Shown here: positions 56,363-64,000 of the stretch, piece by piece
Numbering within the stretch: position 1 is the stretch's first letter
Layout of the letters: each line of letters begins with the position of its first letter
From: a virus
Taxonomy: Duplodnaviria > Caudoviricetes
Reading direction: 5' to 3' (one strand)
DNA: 64,000 bases
Virus record (IMG/VR): IMGVR_UViG_3300043372_000294
Location: 1 to 64,000 of that record
Made by a program: the position numbers and the translations under genes
The notes under the pieces: generated by a model
Told to the model about the DNA's origin: nothing
Seen by the model: only the letters and a program-made list of their open reading frames with translations
The model's database searches: none

Positions 56363-56875
56363 TTATTCAAAGAAAACACTTCCACTAACAGCACCAGCAG
56401 AAACGTCAATATAAATACCTGTATTGAATGGGATCTGCCCCCATGCAATTGATTGGTTCTCAGTTAATCCAAGATGGATGTGGAAAACAACAATTGGACC
56501 TCTGTAAACAGTATGGACACCAGAACCTGCGCTAGTAGTATTAATAGCTGCACTGCCCTTATTAAAGGAAAGTTGGAATGTATTAATGTCCACATATTTT
56601 ACATAATAAACGGTATTGACTGCAAGACCAGCAGGAAGTGAACCAGTAGAACTGAAGATAACAGTGTCGCCTTCAACGAAACCATGACCATTCGCTGTAA
56701 CTACAGCAGGGGCAGCATTTGAAATAGTGCAAGTGCCTACAGATGCACCATAAGCACTAAGGCCATCAATGATATTTATAATTGTCCCATCAAGACCGCC
56801 AGCGACATAGTAGCCGTTCATAACTACTCTGCCATTAACTACTAGACCATCACCTACAAAAGTTTTATATTGCAT
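56363..56875 (-). CDS. virion decoration-like protein with an inserted HGF/GD module
   Basis: Paralog of 56879..57142 plus an ~80-aa insert. Confidence 0.6.
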   Translation of the reverse strand: MQYKTFVGDGLVVNGRVVMNGYYVAGGLDGTIINIIDGLSAYGASVGTCTISNAAPAVVTANGHGFVEGDTVIFSSTGSLPAGLAVNTVYYVKYVDINTFQLSFNKGSAAINTTSAGSGVHTVYRGPIVVFHIHLGLTENQSIAWGQIPFNTGIYIDVSAGAVSGSVFFE

Positions 56876-56878
56876 ATT

Positions 56879-57142
56879 TTACTCCCAAAAAATACTGCCA
56901 GTAGCAGTGCCAGAAACAACTTCCACAAAAATTCCTTCATTAAAAGGAACTCCTTTGAAAGAGTCATAAAGAGCAGTGCTAGTAGTTGCCACTGCAATTC
57001 TGAACACAGGATTTCCCGCACCAGTTGCATTATCATGAATATGAACTACAGCAGTCGCTGTTGCTCTAATTGAAAAACCATGAATAATTGCAGGACTAGA
57101 GACAATAATAGTATTTCCGGTATTAAATGTTGTATATTGCAT
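56879..57142 (-). CDS. small virion decoration-like protein
   Basis: MQY.TF...D...G...PFN.GI.V.V..G...GS.F.E; directly after portal. Confidence 0.6.
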   Translation of the reverse strand: MQYTTFNTGNTIIVSSPAIIHGFSIRATATAVVHIHDNATGAGNPVFRIAVATTSTALYDSFKGVPFNEGIFVEVVSGTATGSIFWE

Positions 57143-57154
57143 TTTTAATTCTCC

Positions 57155-58843
57155 TTAAACTGGCGGATTGGAATCTTGCTTAGATCCTCTTTCCGCTCTT
57201 CCTGTAGTTGCATCTGCCGGTGACGATTCTCCAGCAGCACTATCTTGACTACCCTTTGGCGGACTTCCCGCTGCTGAATTAGAGTTCCCAACCGGAGCGC
57301 CCTCAGCCTTCGGCGTCTGTTCCCCGCCAACCATAACCTGACCCATATCAAAGCGATTCTTCTCTTGAGCAATCTTGGTGGGATAAGGAAGAACAATGTC
57401 TCCCTCTTCAAGCGCAGTAAGTCCAACCTTAAGGCGAACCTCATTAGGAGTCATAACTTCAGTACGAAGATAACGATCCCAAATTCTAGAACGAAGATCT
57501 TCATCAATAACATCGATCTCATCAAACTTGAAAACTTTTTTGTCAGAAAACTCTTGAACAATACGATTGATTTTTTTTTCAAGGATTTTCTGATCCGGTC
57601 CTACAACCTGATTTTTAAACGTCTTATCTGCATCTCTAGATACGGCAAGATTAGCATTGTCATAAATGCCAATCTTAGGAGCAGGCACTCTATTCGCAAC
57701 AGTGATCTCATCGCGATTAGCTTTGCGATATTTATCAAAAGAACTATCTTGAACTGTATTCTCAAGTTTTTCAAACTTAATATCTACATCACGGCCAAGA
57801 GTGGCAGGAAGAGGGATGAAAAGAGTTCCGTGATTATTTCCTTTAATTTCATTCTTAAAATAATTGACAATTTCAGTTTTTGATTTTTGAGAAAGATTTG
57901 CACCTTTAAGAATAATTGCATAACGAGGAATGCTTTTATTTTCAAAATAATCAATGTTATATTCTTTAGCAAACTTATCGCCAATAATAGCACTAAGCGC
58001 ACCTACCGCAGAAGGAATACCATAGTAAGTATTAGTTGGTGAATACTGTCTAAAGTGAATAATTTCATTAGGATTTGGATCACTGCCAATTGGATCTTTA
58101 GTATCCATATCTTGAAAATTTCTAAAGAAAATAAAACGAGCAGCAGAGCGTTGAACGAAACCATCTCTTGCTCTTCTAATTCTAATATGAGTCGCTGGGA
58201 TATGTCCTACATAACCAATTGTGCCATTTCTATTTCGGCCAATTTCAAGATATCCATTGCCAATAGTAAGATAGTCAACCCAAACTTTAATAAGTACTTC
58301 AATAAAACTTTCGTCAATATTGAAGGCATCAAAAAGTTCGTTCAAACGATCTTCTTCTCTTTGAAGTTCATCACGAAGTCTTGCTAACGTATCGCTATTC
58401 TTTCCGGATGCTTTCTCAACTCTTTTACGACTTTTGGAAGTGTCTTCCCATCGATATCCAAGAGCAACAGTATTCATAGTCCTAGCAAGAATACTTGCAT
58501 TATGAGTAGCGCTTTCTTCATAAAGAGAAGCAAGAATTTCTAGATTATAGGGAGGTTGAACAAGATCAAACATCCCATAACCATTAACAACTTCTGGATC
58601 GACATACTTAGATCCAGTCCCGCTTTTGCCAGAGTTATATTGCGGAGCACTATATTTTTTATTAATTTTACTTAATTGATTTTTAATCTTTCGACTTTGA
58701 AAAGCAGGATCAATCGGTTTACTAAAAATATCTTTATCTTCAGTAATTATTTTTGAAATATTTCCAGTATAAGAACTAGTTACATCATCAATTTCGATAA
58801 TATCATTTCTTTCTTCAACCAATGAAGCGGCAATTCTTCTCAT
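57155..58843 (-). CDS. portal protein
   Basis: PPY.L..L, GNGYLE, E.IH...YSP...YYG.P, YF.N...P, TPNEVR...GL. Confidence 0.92.
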   Translation of the reverse strand: MRRIAASLVEERNDIIEIDDVTSSYTGNISKIITEDKDIFSKPIDPAFQSRKIKNQLSKINKKYSAPQYNSGKSGTGSKYVDPEVVNGYGMFDLVQPPYNLEILASLYEESATHNASILARTMNTVALGYRWEDTSKSRKRVEKASGKNSDTLARLRDELQREEDRLNELFDAFNIDESFIEVLIKVWVDYLTIGNGYLEIGRNRNGTIGYVGHIPATHIRIRRARDGFVQRSAARFIFFRNFQDMDTKDPIGSDPNPNEIIHFRQYSPTNTYYGIPSAVGALSAIIGDKFAKEYNIDYFENKSIPRYAIILKGANLSQKSKTEIVNYFKNEIKGNNHGTLFIPLPATLGRDVDIKFEKLENTVQDSSFDKYRKANRDEITVANRVPAPKIGIYDNANLAVSRDADKTFKNQVVGPDQKILEKKINRIVQEFSDKKVFKFDEIDVIDEDLRSRIWDRYLRTEVMTPNEVRLKVGLTALEEGDIVLPYPTKIAQEKNRFDMGQVMVGGEQTPKAEGAPVGNSNSAAGSPPKGSQDSAAGESSPADATTGRAERGSKQDSNPPV

Positions 58844-59175
58844 ACTAAACCTTTACGTTTTAACTGTTTTGCAACATCAACAGGATCGGGAATATGTCCA
58901 TCTAAGAATCTTTCCATATGATCATCTGATTCATTATCAGTGACTTTCCTACTGCCAGAAGACCAGAATGCACTTCCGAGCAGAGCATCTCCACCGATAT
59001 AATGAACTGCTGCGTCCAACATCTTTCTTTCAACAATTGGGTCATCCAGATAACCTTCCATTGAAAGAAAACGATTATATTCGTCGCCAATAAAGTCGCC
59101 ATTTGGCATACGCCAGAGGCAGACGCCACGTATATCTTCTTTTATAACTTCGATTCTCTTAAGTCTTTTTCCCAT
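58840..59175 (-). CDS. conserved-type hypothetical protein preceding the portal
   Basis: GV..W.MP.G..IGD...G.IPDP. Leaderless ATG 7 nt after TGATAATAT. Confidence 0.7.
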   Translation of the reverse strand: MGKRLKRIEVIKEDIRGVCLWRMPNGDFIGDEYNRFLSMEGYLDDPIVERKMLDAAVHYIGGDALLGSAFWSSGSRKVTDNESDDHMERFLDGHIPDPVDVAKQLKRKGLV

Positions 59176-59228
59176 ACCACTAATATTATCACAGATAATA
59201 CGTTATCAAGCAAGAAGTACTACCAAAA

Positions 59229-59266
59229 ATGACAAAACTATACCAGTTTTGGTATAGTTTTGTCAT
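59229..59266. repeat. perfect 17-bp inverted repeat
   Basis: ATGACAAAACTATACCA-GTTT-TGGTATAGTTTTGTCAT. Confidence 0.9.
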
Positions 59267-59283
59267 AAAATGGTACTTTTTTG

Positions 59284-61305
59284 TTAAATTTCGCAAGTAT
59301 CGTTGCTACAGTACTTCTCACCTTCTGCATCAAGCGAATTCCCTGCGTACAAACCTGACCACCCAATGCCCTTAATCTTCTTCACTGAGGTATTCCAAGT
59401 ATCAATGTCAATGCGCTCATAAGGCATTTGAGCATAAGCTCCACCAACCTCAAGCAGAGGAAGCATGGAGACTGATTTTAACTGACCATCAATCGAACGC
59501 AGTAAGGCACTGATCTGACTCTTCTCATCATCAGTAAACGTCACAGTGACTGACACCTGATTATCCGCCCAATAACGCTGAGCAAGAATTGCCAGAGATG
59601 CCTTTTCCCACATTGATACCTCACGCTCAGTGCGAACATCAGGACCGACAGTAGGAAGTTCAACTACTACGCTATGAGTCGGGTCCATAACATCAGGCTC
59701 CGACTTATACCCAGCCTTGGCCAGAGCATCAAGAAGAGGATCGTTTGAAGCAAAGCGCATACGACGAATATAAACATCTGCAGTAGGCCAATGAACACCG
59801 GGGGTCACTCCAAAGAGCAATGAGACGGTCCCAGAGGGCTTCACAGACGTTGTTTTGATAGAAGAGCGACATCCAAGCCACTCTGAGTATTTATTGTCCA
59901 AAACCTGAATATTATTGTATCCGGTATCAAGCCAAGTACGAAGTTCAGTCCATCCATGCATCTCAGCAAAATGAGCAAGACCAGACACTGAGCAACCAAT
60001 GCGACGATTACGCTGCATGATAGCATTCGTCTCAGGCCAATGGGTGGGAAGCAAAGTTACAGACTTGGCATAAAGATACGAAACCTTCAGAGTCTTATTG
60101 AAATCTTCCAGCGAATCATGGCGAGAAATGAAATTCTCAACAAGAGTACAGCACTCTCCAGACTCAAGGGTCTGCTCAGAGCAGGGGTTAGTACCAGCAG
60201 CACGCCAATCCTTGTGATCTGCAGGATCAACAAGACGGCCAAACTCACGACAAAGATCAAGCCAAACAATTCCCGGCTCTCCATTATCAGCAATCAATGT
60301 GGCAATATTATCAAAATTATCACCAACATTTGCAACAATAGAATTGTTCGAAGTATGACCCCAACCATTTGCCCCCATACGTTCAGGATTGATCTCCCAG
60401 TTCTTCAGATTAAGGAACTCTTCATCATCTGCGCTACCAAGGGCAATCTCAGCAGAACGACGAACATTGCCGGAGACAACACACTTACCAATCTTATTCT
60501 GGATATCTACAATGTCAGTGGCAGTAATTCTTTCACCCGCACGGTTATCAAACTGCTTCTTGAGAGAAAAATGAAGGTCAATTAGCGGACCCGGACCAGC
60601 AGCGACTCCGCCAAACCCCTTGATAGGCTCACCCGAAGGCCTCACCTGACTATAGTCAAACTCAATAGTATTTCTATTAGCAAAGAAGTATGACTCAAGA
60701 AGAATCGAGACAGACTCAAACCATCCTTCACGAGAATCAGGAACAATAAAAGTTTTGATTTCAGAATTAGGCTGATGGATCTCAAGCTTCCCCGCACCCT
60801 TAGTATCGAAGCCAACACCCACGCCAAGCATTGACATCTCCATAAGACGAACAAAAGGCCAAACAGCATCATGGACGCTACGAGACGAAATGCTTTCCGT
60901 AGAAAGGAAAGAGCAATTCTGAAGTGCTGCAGAATTCTTGCCAGCATGAACAAACTCAGTGCCCATCATCCAAAGGCCACGACCGGGCGGAGTCCACTTA
61001 CCAACAAAAAGACGCTCATAAGCATCCTGCGCAGTTGCCTGAGCCTTACGCTCATTCCACGGAAGACGATTCTCCTTGCACCAATCCTTCTGGATAGTGA
61101 AAGTTCCTTCGATAACTCTCCTACAAGTTTCCAGCCAACGCTCTTTCGTGCCATCAGATTTGCGACGAGAATATTTAGTTAAGAATGTAAGTTCTCCAAG
61201 AGAATTACCACCACCAATCGGAAATCCCCAAGGAACCTGTCGATCCTCATAAGATGAAACAAAATCATCAGCCAATTTGAAACTAAGAAAATCTGTATTG
61301 CCCAC
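59284..61305 (-). CDS. nrdJ: class II (adenosylcobalamin-dependent) ribonucleotide reductase
   Basis: PPGRGLW, LQNC, VRRSA, TNPCSEQ, VKPSGT, C-terminal C-x4-C; no small subunit nearby. Confidence 0.92.
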   Translation of the reverse strand: MGNTDFLSFKLADDFVSSYEDRQVPWGFPIGGGNSLGELTFLTKYSRRKSDGTKERWLETCRRVIEGTFTIQKDWCKENRLPWNERKAQATAQDAYERLFVGKWTPPGRGLWMMGTEFVHAGKNSAALQNCSFLSTESISSRSVHDAVWPFVRLMEMSMLGVGVGFDTKGAGKLEIHQPNSEIKTFIVPDSREGWFESVSILLESYFFANRNTIEFDYSQVRPSGEPIKGFGGVAAGPGPLIDLHFSLKKQFDNRAGERITATDIVDIQNKIGKCVVSGNVRRSAEIALGSADDEEFLNLKNWEINPERMGANGWGHTSNNSIVANVGDNFDNIATLIADNGEPGIVWLDLCREFGRLVDPADHKDWRAAGTNPCSEQTLESGECCTLVENFISRHDSLEDFNKTLKVSYLYAKSVTLLPTHWPETNAIMQRNRRIGCSVSGLAHFAEMHGWTELRTWLDTGYNNIQVLDNKYSEWLGCRSSIKTTSVKPSGTVSLLFGVTPGVHWPTADVYIRRMRFASNDPLLDALAKAGYKSEPDVMDPTHSVVVELPTVGPDVRTEREVSMWEKASLAILAQRYWADNQVSVTVTFTDDEKSQISALLRSIDGQLKSVSMLPLLEVGGAYAQMPYERIDIDTWNTSVKKIKGIGWSGLYAGNSLDAEGEKYCSNDTCEI

Positions 61306-61386
61306 TATCTCTCCTAAACTAAGTGTCGCATTAAGCGCTTGCTCGTATCTTGATCATACCATCTATCGGAGGCTTTCCTCCTGATA

Positions 61387-62373
61387 TCAGATGGTTTCGT
61401 TAATCTTTTCACCAAGAATATCTATTATTTTTCTACCGATATGATCCCACGTTTGTTTTTCGTGGAGAATATTTGCTGAATGAAGAGTCTTCTGCTTGAC
61501 TTCTTCAAAATTATTATACACATATTTCATTTTATCTCTCAGATCATCAAGATCCGGATTAACCCAATCGCCTAAATGAATCCCTTCACCGGGAGCGGGA
61601 TGGGAATTAAGTGGCACTGACATTTCAGCGAAATCAGCGCAAGCAGTTGCGTTTGTAACAATAGTCGGAAGACCAGTAGCAATACCCTGAAAAGGAATCA
61701 ACCCAAAGCCCTCTCCGTTTGTAGGATAAACTAAACAATGTGCAGTATTATATAATCTAACTAAATCTTCAACATCAATCTTATGATCAATATTATGAAT
61801 CTGAGGATGATGAGCAGCGCTCTTGAAATCAACGCCACGTTCCCAGTATCTTGTTTCAGTTGCATCGTTAGACTTCAAGATCAATCTAACATCATCATTG
61901 CCATCAAAAAGATCCAAGAAAGCGTCTACAACTCGCTGTCCACCTTTTCTTTCAGTTGGGCCACCAATATGTAGGAAAACAAATTTATCTGTTAAATATC
62001 GATTTTCTATTTTCCAAAGATTATTGTCAATTCCATGTGGAACTAATCTAATAATCTTGTTCACATTGAATGACTCAAAGACATCAACACAATATTGCGA
62101 AGTAGTCCAGATTTCGTCCATCTCATTCATTGTATACGGCCAACTCTCGGGAATGATAGAAGACTCCCAAGGCGTATAGCCAATTCTATACTGCCTAAAA
62201 TCGCCGCTATAAAATTCAGGTTGAACAAATGAAATATGAGCTTTAGTATCTCTAACATCATACGCAACTTGTACACCAGCATTTTGCATTGCCTTGATTG
62301 TCATTATGGCAGCGTAGCCATAACCCATTCCGTCACCAAGTCCCGGTGGACTAAACCAGCTTATTCTGCTCAT
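61387..62373 (-). CDS. glycosyltransferase (GT4 / GT-B)
   Basis: PWES, DEIW..S, HG.D, RKG, EGFGL.P...A.GLP.I. Confidence 0.88.
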   Translation of the reverse strand: MSRISWFSPPGLGDGMGYGYAAIMTIKAMQNAGVQVAYDVRDTKAHISFVQPEFYSGDFRQYRIGYTPWESSIIPESWPYTMNEMDEIWTTSQYCVDVFESFNVNKIIRLVPHGIDNNLWKIENRYLTDKFVFLHIGGPTERKGGQRVVDAFLDLFDGNDDVRLILKSNDATETRYWERGVDFKSAAHHPQIHNIDHKIDVEDLVRLYNTAHCLVYPTNGEGFGLIPFQGIATGLPTIVTNATACADFAEMSVPLNSHPAPGEGIHLGDWVNPDLDDLRDKMKYVYNNFEEVKQKTLHSANILHEKQTWDHIGRKIIDILGEKINETI

Positions 62374-62416
62374 ATTATCTCTCTTGATTATTCCTAGATA
62401 ATCAGTTTACCATAAA

Positions 62417-62821
62417 TTAGAAAAGACCTTCCCAGAAACCTTCAATTTTTGAAATAGTTTTGGGAAGACTTGATGGATTTTTTGTAGCAATACCAAGATT
62501 AGAATAAACACTTCTAGCATCGGCATCATTATCAATAGCTAAGACTATATTATCTGCTTTAAGTAATTTTTCAGCATGATTCTTTTTAGACTCTAAAGTA
62601 AATTTATGCCCATCTCCAAGGCTATTCATATACAATCTATTAAACTTTACACCAGCATTTCTGAGTGCTTTTGTGGTGGAAGATCGTTCCGACTCTGGTC
62701 TACCAGTTGAAATATAAACTTTATATTTTTTTGATTTTTCATTTACCCAAACAATAGTATTATCAATACCATTATTGCCACTGAGTAAAGTTCCATCAAT
62801 ATCTACAATAATTCCAGCCAT
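62417..62821 (-). CDS. HAD-family phosphatase (PNK-phosphatase-like)
   Basis: DIDGT, STGR, K, IDND. Leaderless ATG 5 nt after TGCTATAAT. Confidence 0.8.
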   Translation of the reverse strand: MAGIIVDIDGTLLSGNNGIDNTIVWVNEKSKKYKVYISTGRPESERSSTTKALRNAGVKFNRLYMNSLGDGHKFTLESKKNHAEKLLKADNIVLAIDNDADARSVYSNLGIATKNPSSLPKTISKIEGFWEGLF

Positions 62822-62850
62822 CTAATATTATAGCATAACTTACTTATTAG

Positions 62851-62924
62851 CGCCCCCGGTAGGAATCGAACCTACGACCTAGTGGGTAGAAACCACTTGC
62901 TCTAATCCGCTGAGCTACAGGGGC
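62851..62924 (-). tRNA. tRNA-Arg(TCT)
   Basis: GCCCCTG...AGTGG-TT TCT AC-CCACT...GGTTCGATTCC...CGGGGGC G; no encoded CCA. Confidence 0.92.
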
Positions 62925-63028
62925 AATTATATTACTACACTACCATTTATCGGATCACTACGCTACCATCTATCAGGAAATTTCTACACAGTTCATACTA
63001 TGGTGCATAGATAATTCACGTTATAGAC

Positions 63029-63244
63029 CTATCGCCCGACCGCCTGACGGAGCGCGACGACCGCACTGCGATCTCTGAGATCCGGATCGGGGTAGGCGTC
63101 CCATGCGTCTGAGGCGTCGGCCCATTCGGTGATGAGGGAACGCAAACGCTTGATCTCGTCGGCGGCACGTTTGTACAACGTCTCATCCCACGGGCTTGGA
63201 TCATTGGAAATAGCGTAATGAAGATCATCTACAATATTTCTCAT
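63029..63244 (-). CDS. small hypothetical protein, high-GC paralog of the next gene
   Basis: AADEIKRLRSLITEWADA...LRQAVGR. Confidence 0.65.
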   Translation of the reverse strand: MRNIVDDLHYAISNDPSPWDETLYKRAADEIKRLRSLITEWADASDAWDAYPDPDLRDRSAVVALRQAVGR

Positions 63245-63486
63245 CTTCCAACCTCCGCACGAAGAACATCATAAGCAGCCTCAAGAGCATCATGCTGCTT
63301 ATTAGTCAAACCCTCAGTATAAATATCATCTGCATCAGCCCATGCTTCAATAAGAGAACGAAGATTATAAATCTCATCAGCAAGAAGTGCAATAGCACAA
63401 GTAGGATGCCACTGCCAACAATCTGCTGAATGAGTACGAACTAGATCGTCTCCCCATTTTTCAATAATGCTATCTACAGCATTCAT
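63241..63486 (-). CDS. small hypothetical protein
   Basis: H...C...HP.C, LADEIYNLRSLIEAWADA...LRAEVGR; AGGAG RBS. Confidence 0.7.
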   Translation of the reverse strand: MNAVDSIIEKWGDDLVRTHSADCWQWHPTCAIALLADEIYNLRSLIEAWADADDIYTEGLTNKQHDALEAAYDVLRAEVGR

Positions 63487-63548
63487 ACTTTCTCCTTTTG
63501 ATCATAATACTATCCATAAGATACTTTATGGTTATCATACTATCCAAG

Positions 63549-63622
63549 TGCGGGTAGTGGGACTCGAACCCACACTGAAGCGGGTTTAAGCCGCCGCCCT
63601 CTGCCAGTTGGGGTATACCCGC
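63549..63622 (-). tRNA. tRNA-Leu(TAA), short variable loop
   Basis: GCGGGTA...GGCGG-CT TAA AC-CCGCT TCAGT GTGGG-TTCGAGT-CCCAC TACCCGC A. Confidence 0.88.
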
Positions 63623-63630
63623 TAAATGTT

Positions 63631-63660
63631 TGTGGGGGAGAGATTGCCCTCTCCCCCACA
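63631..63660. other. strong hairpin with GNRA loop
   Basis: Minus strand TGTGGGGGAGAGG-GCAA-TCTCTCCCCCACA. Confidence 0.75.
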
Positions 63661-63695
63661 GCACTGCCTTCACACGGTTTTGCGCTTCGTTCGGA

Positions 63696-63995
63696 CTATG
63701 ACATCATATCATTAAGACGGACAATACCATCAGGAATTGCAGCAAGTCTACAAAGACCTTCCGGCTCAACCGTCTGTAGTACAATGTGACAGACGCCTTC
63801 TCCATCGTAATGAGCGCAATTGAAGCACTTGATTCCCCTAGAGGAAACTTCATTCTCAGATGCCTCAGTATAGCCAACCCATATTCCCTTGCCGTCATTA
63901 TTCGCAAGTTTTCCATGACGCTCTACAATATTCATCATAGCTTGAACAAACTCTTTTTCGGGCTGAGGCATAATATTCATAAGCTCATGCGCCAT
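63696..63995 (-). CDS. protein with HiPIP-like four-Cys motif (may extend past the window edge)
   Basis: CFNCAHY.....CHIV...VEPEGLC. Confidence 0.55.
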   Translation of the reverse strand: MAHELMNIMPQPEKEFVQAMMNIVERHGKLANNDGKGIWVGYTEASENEVSSRGIKCFNCAHYDGEGVCHIVLQTVEPEGLCRLAAIPDGIVRLNDMMS

Positions 63996-64000
63996 CTTAT

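Noticed and set aside
49096-57142. Diversity-generating retroelement or invertible shufflon in the fibre cluster
   Set aside because: No reverse transcriptase, invertase, adenine-variable repeat pair or inverted cassette was seen.
10646-61305. Inteins or introns in terL, dnaE, helicase, recA or nrdJ
   Set aside because: Gene lengths are normal and no splicing motifs or interruptions were seen.
63549-63622. tRNA-Leu as a pseudo-tRNA because it lacks a long variable arm
   Set aside because: All stems pair, and short-arm Leu(UAA) tRNAs are known in actinobacteria.

Overview
The window is a 64-kb stretch of a large, low-GC (roughly 40%) tailed dsDNA phage with siphovirus-type morphogenesis genes. 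Essentially every real gene is on the minus strand, so it is transcribed right to left. An Actinomycetota host is indicated by two WhiB-like genes, a DUF3039 gene, a resuscitation-promoting-factor (Rpf) gene, a short-variable-arm tRNA-Leu(UAA) and leaderless promoters. Gene order in the direction of transcription: (1) HiPIP-like gene, tRNA-Leu(TAA), tRNA-Arg(TCT), HAD phosphatase, GT4 glycosyltransferase, class II ribonucleotide reductase; (2) portal, an ~8-kb cluster of fibre/adaptor/adhesin genes plus a sulfotransferase, a multidomain prohead protease-scaffold, major capsid, head-tail connectors, major tail, a tail chaperone with a -1 frameshift, tape measure and minor tail genes; (3) HNH, metallophosphoesterase, holin, regulators; (4) DnaB, primase, SSB, nucleotide enzymes, DnaE, RecA, Cas4-like nuclease, resolvases; (5) terminase subunits, WhiB and a secreted Rpf; (6) an early-type region of small acidic ORFs driven by a repeated ~120-bp promoter cassette. 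The most interesting observations are an apparently modular plug-and-socket branched-fibre system between portal and protease, a ~80-aa domain inserted into several unrelated virion proteins (with uninserted paralogs in the same genome), a standalone secreted Rpf behind an odd leader, a circularly permuted GHKL ATPase fused to a zincin motif, and a hidden internal promoter with a leaderless scaffold start. All functional calls come from recognising motifs by eye; no database searches were run.
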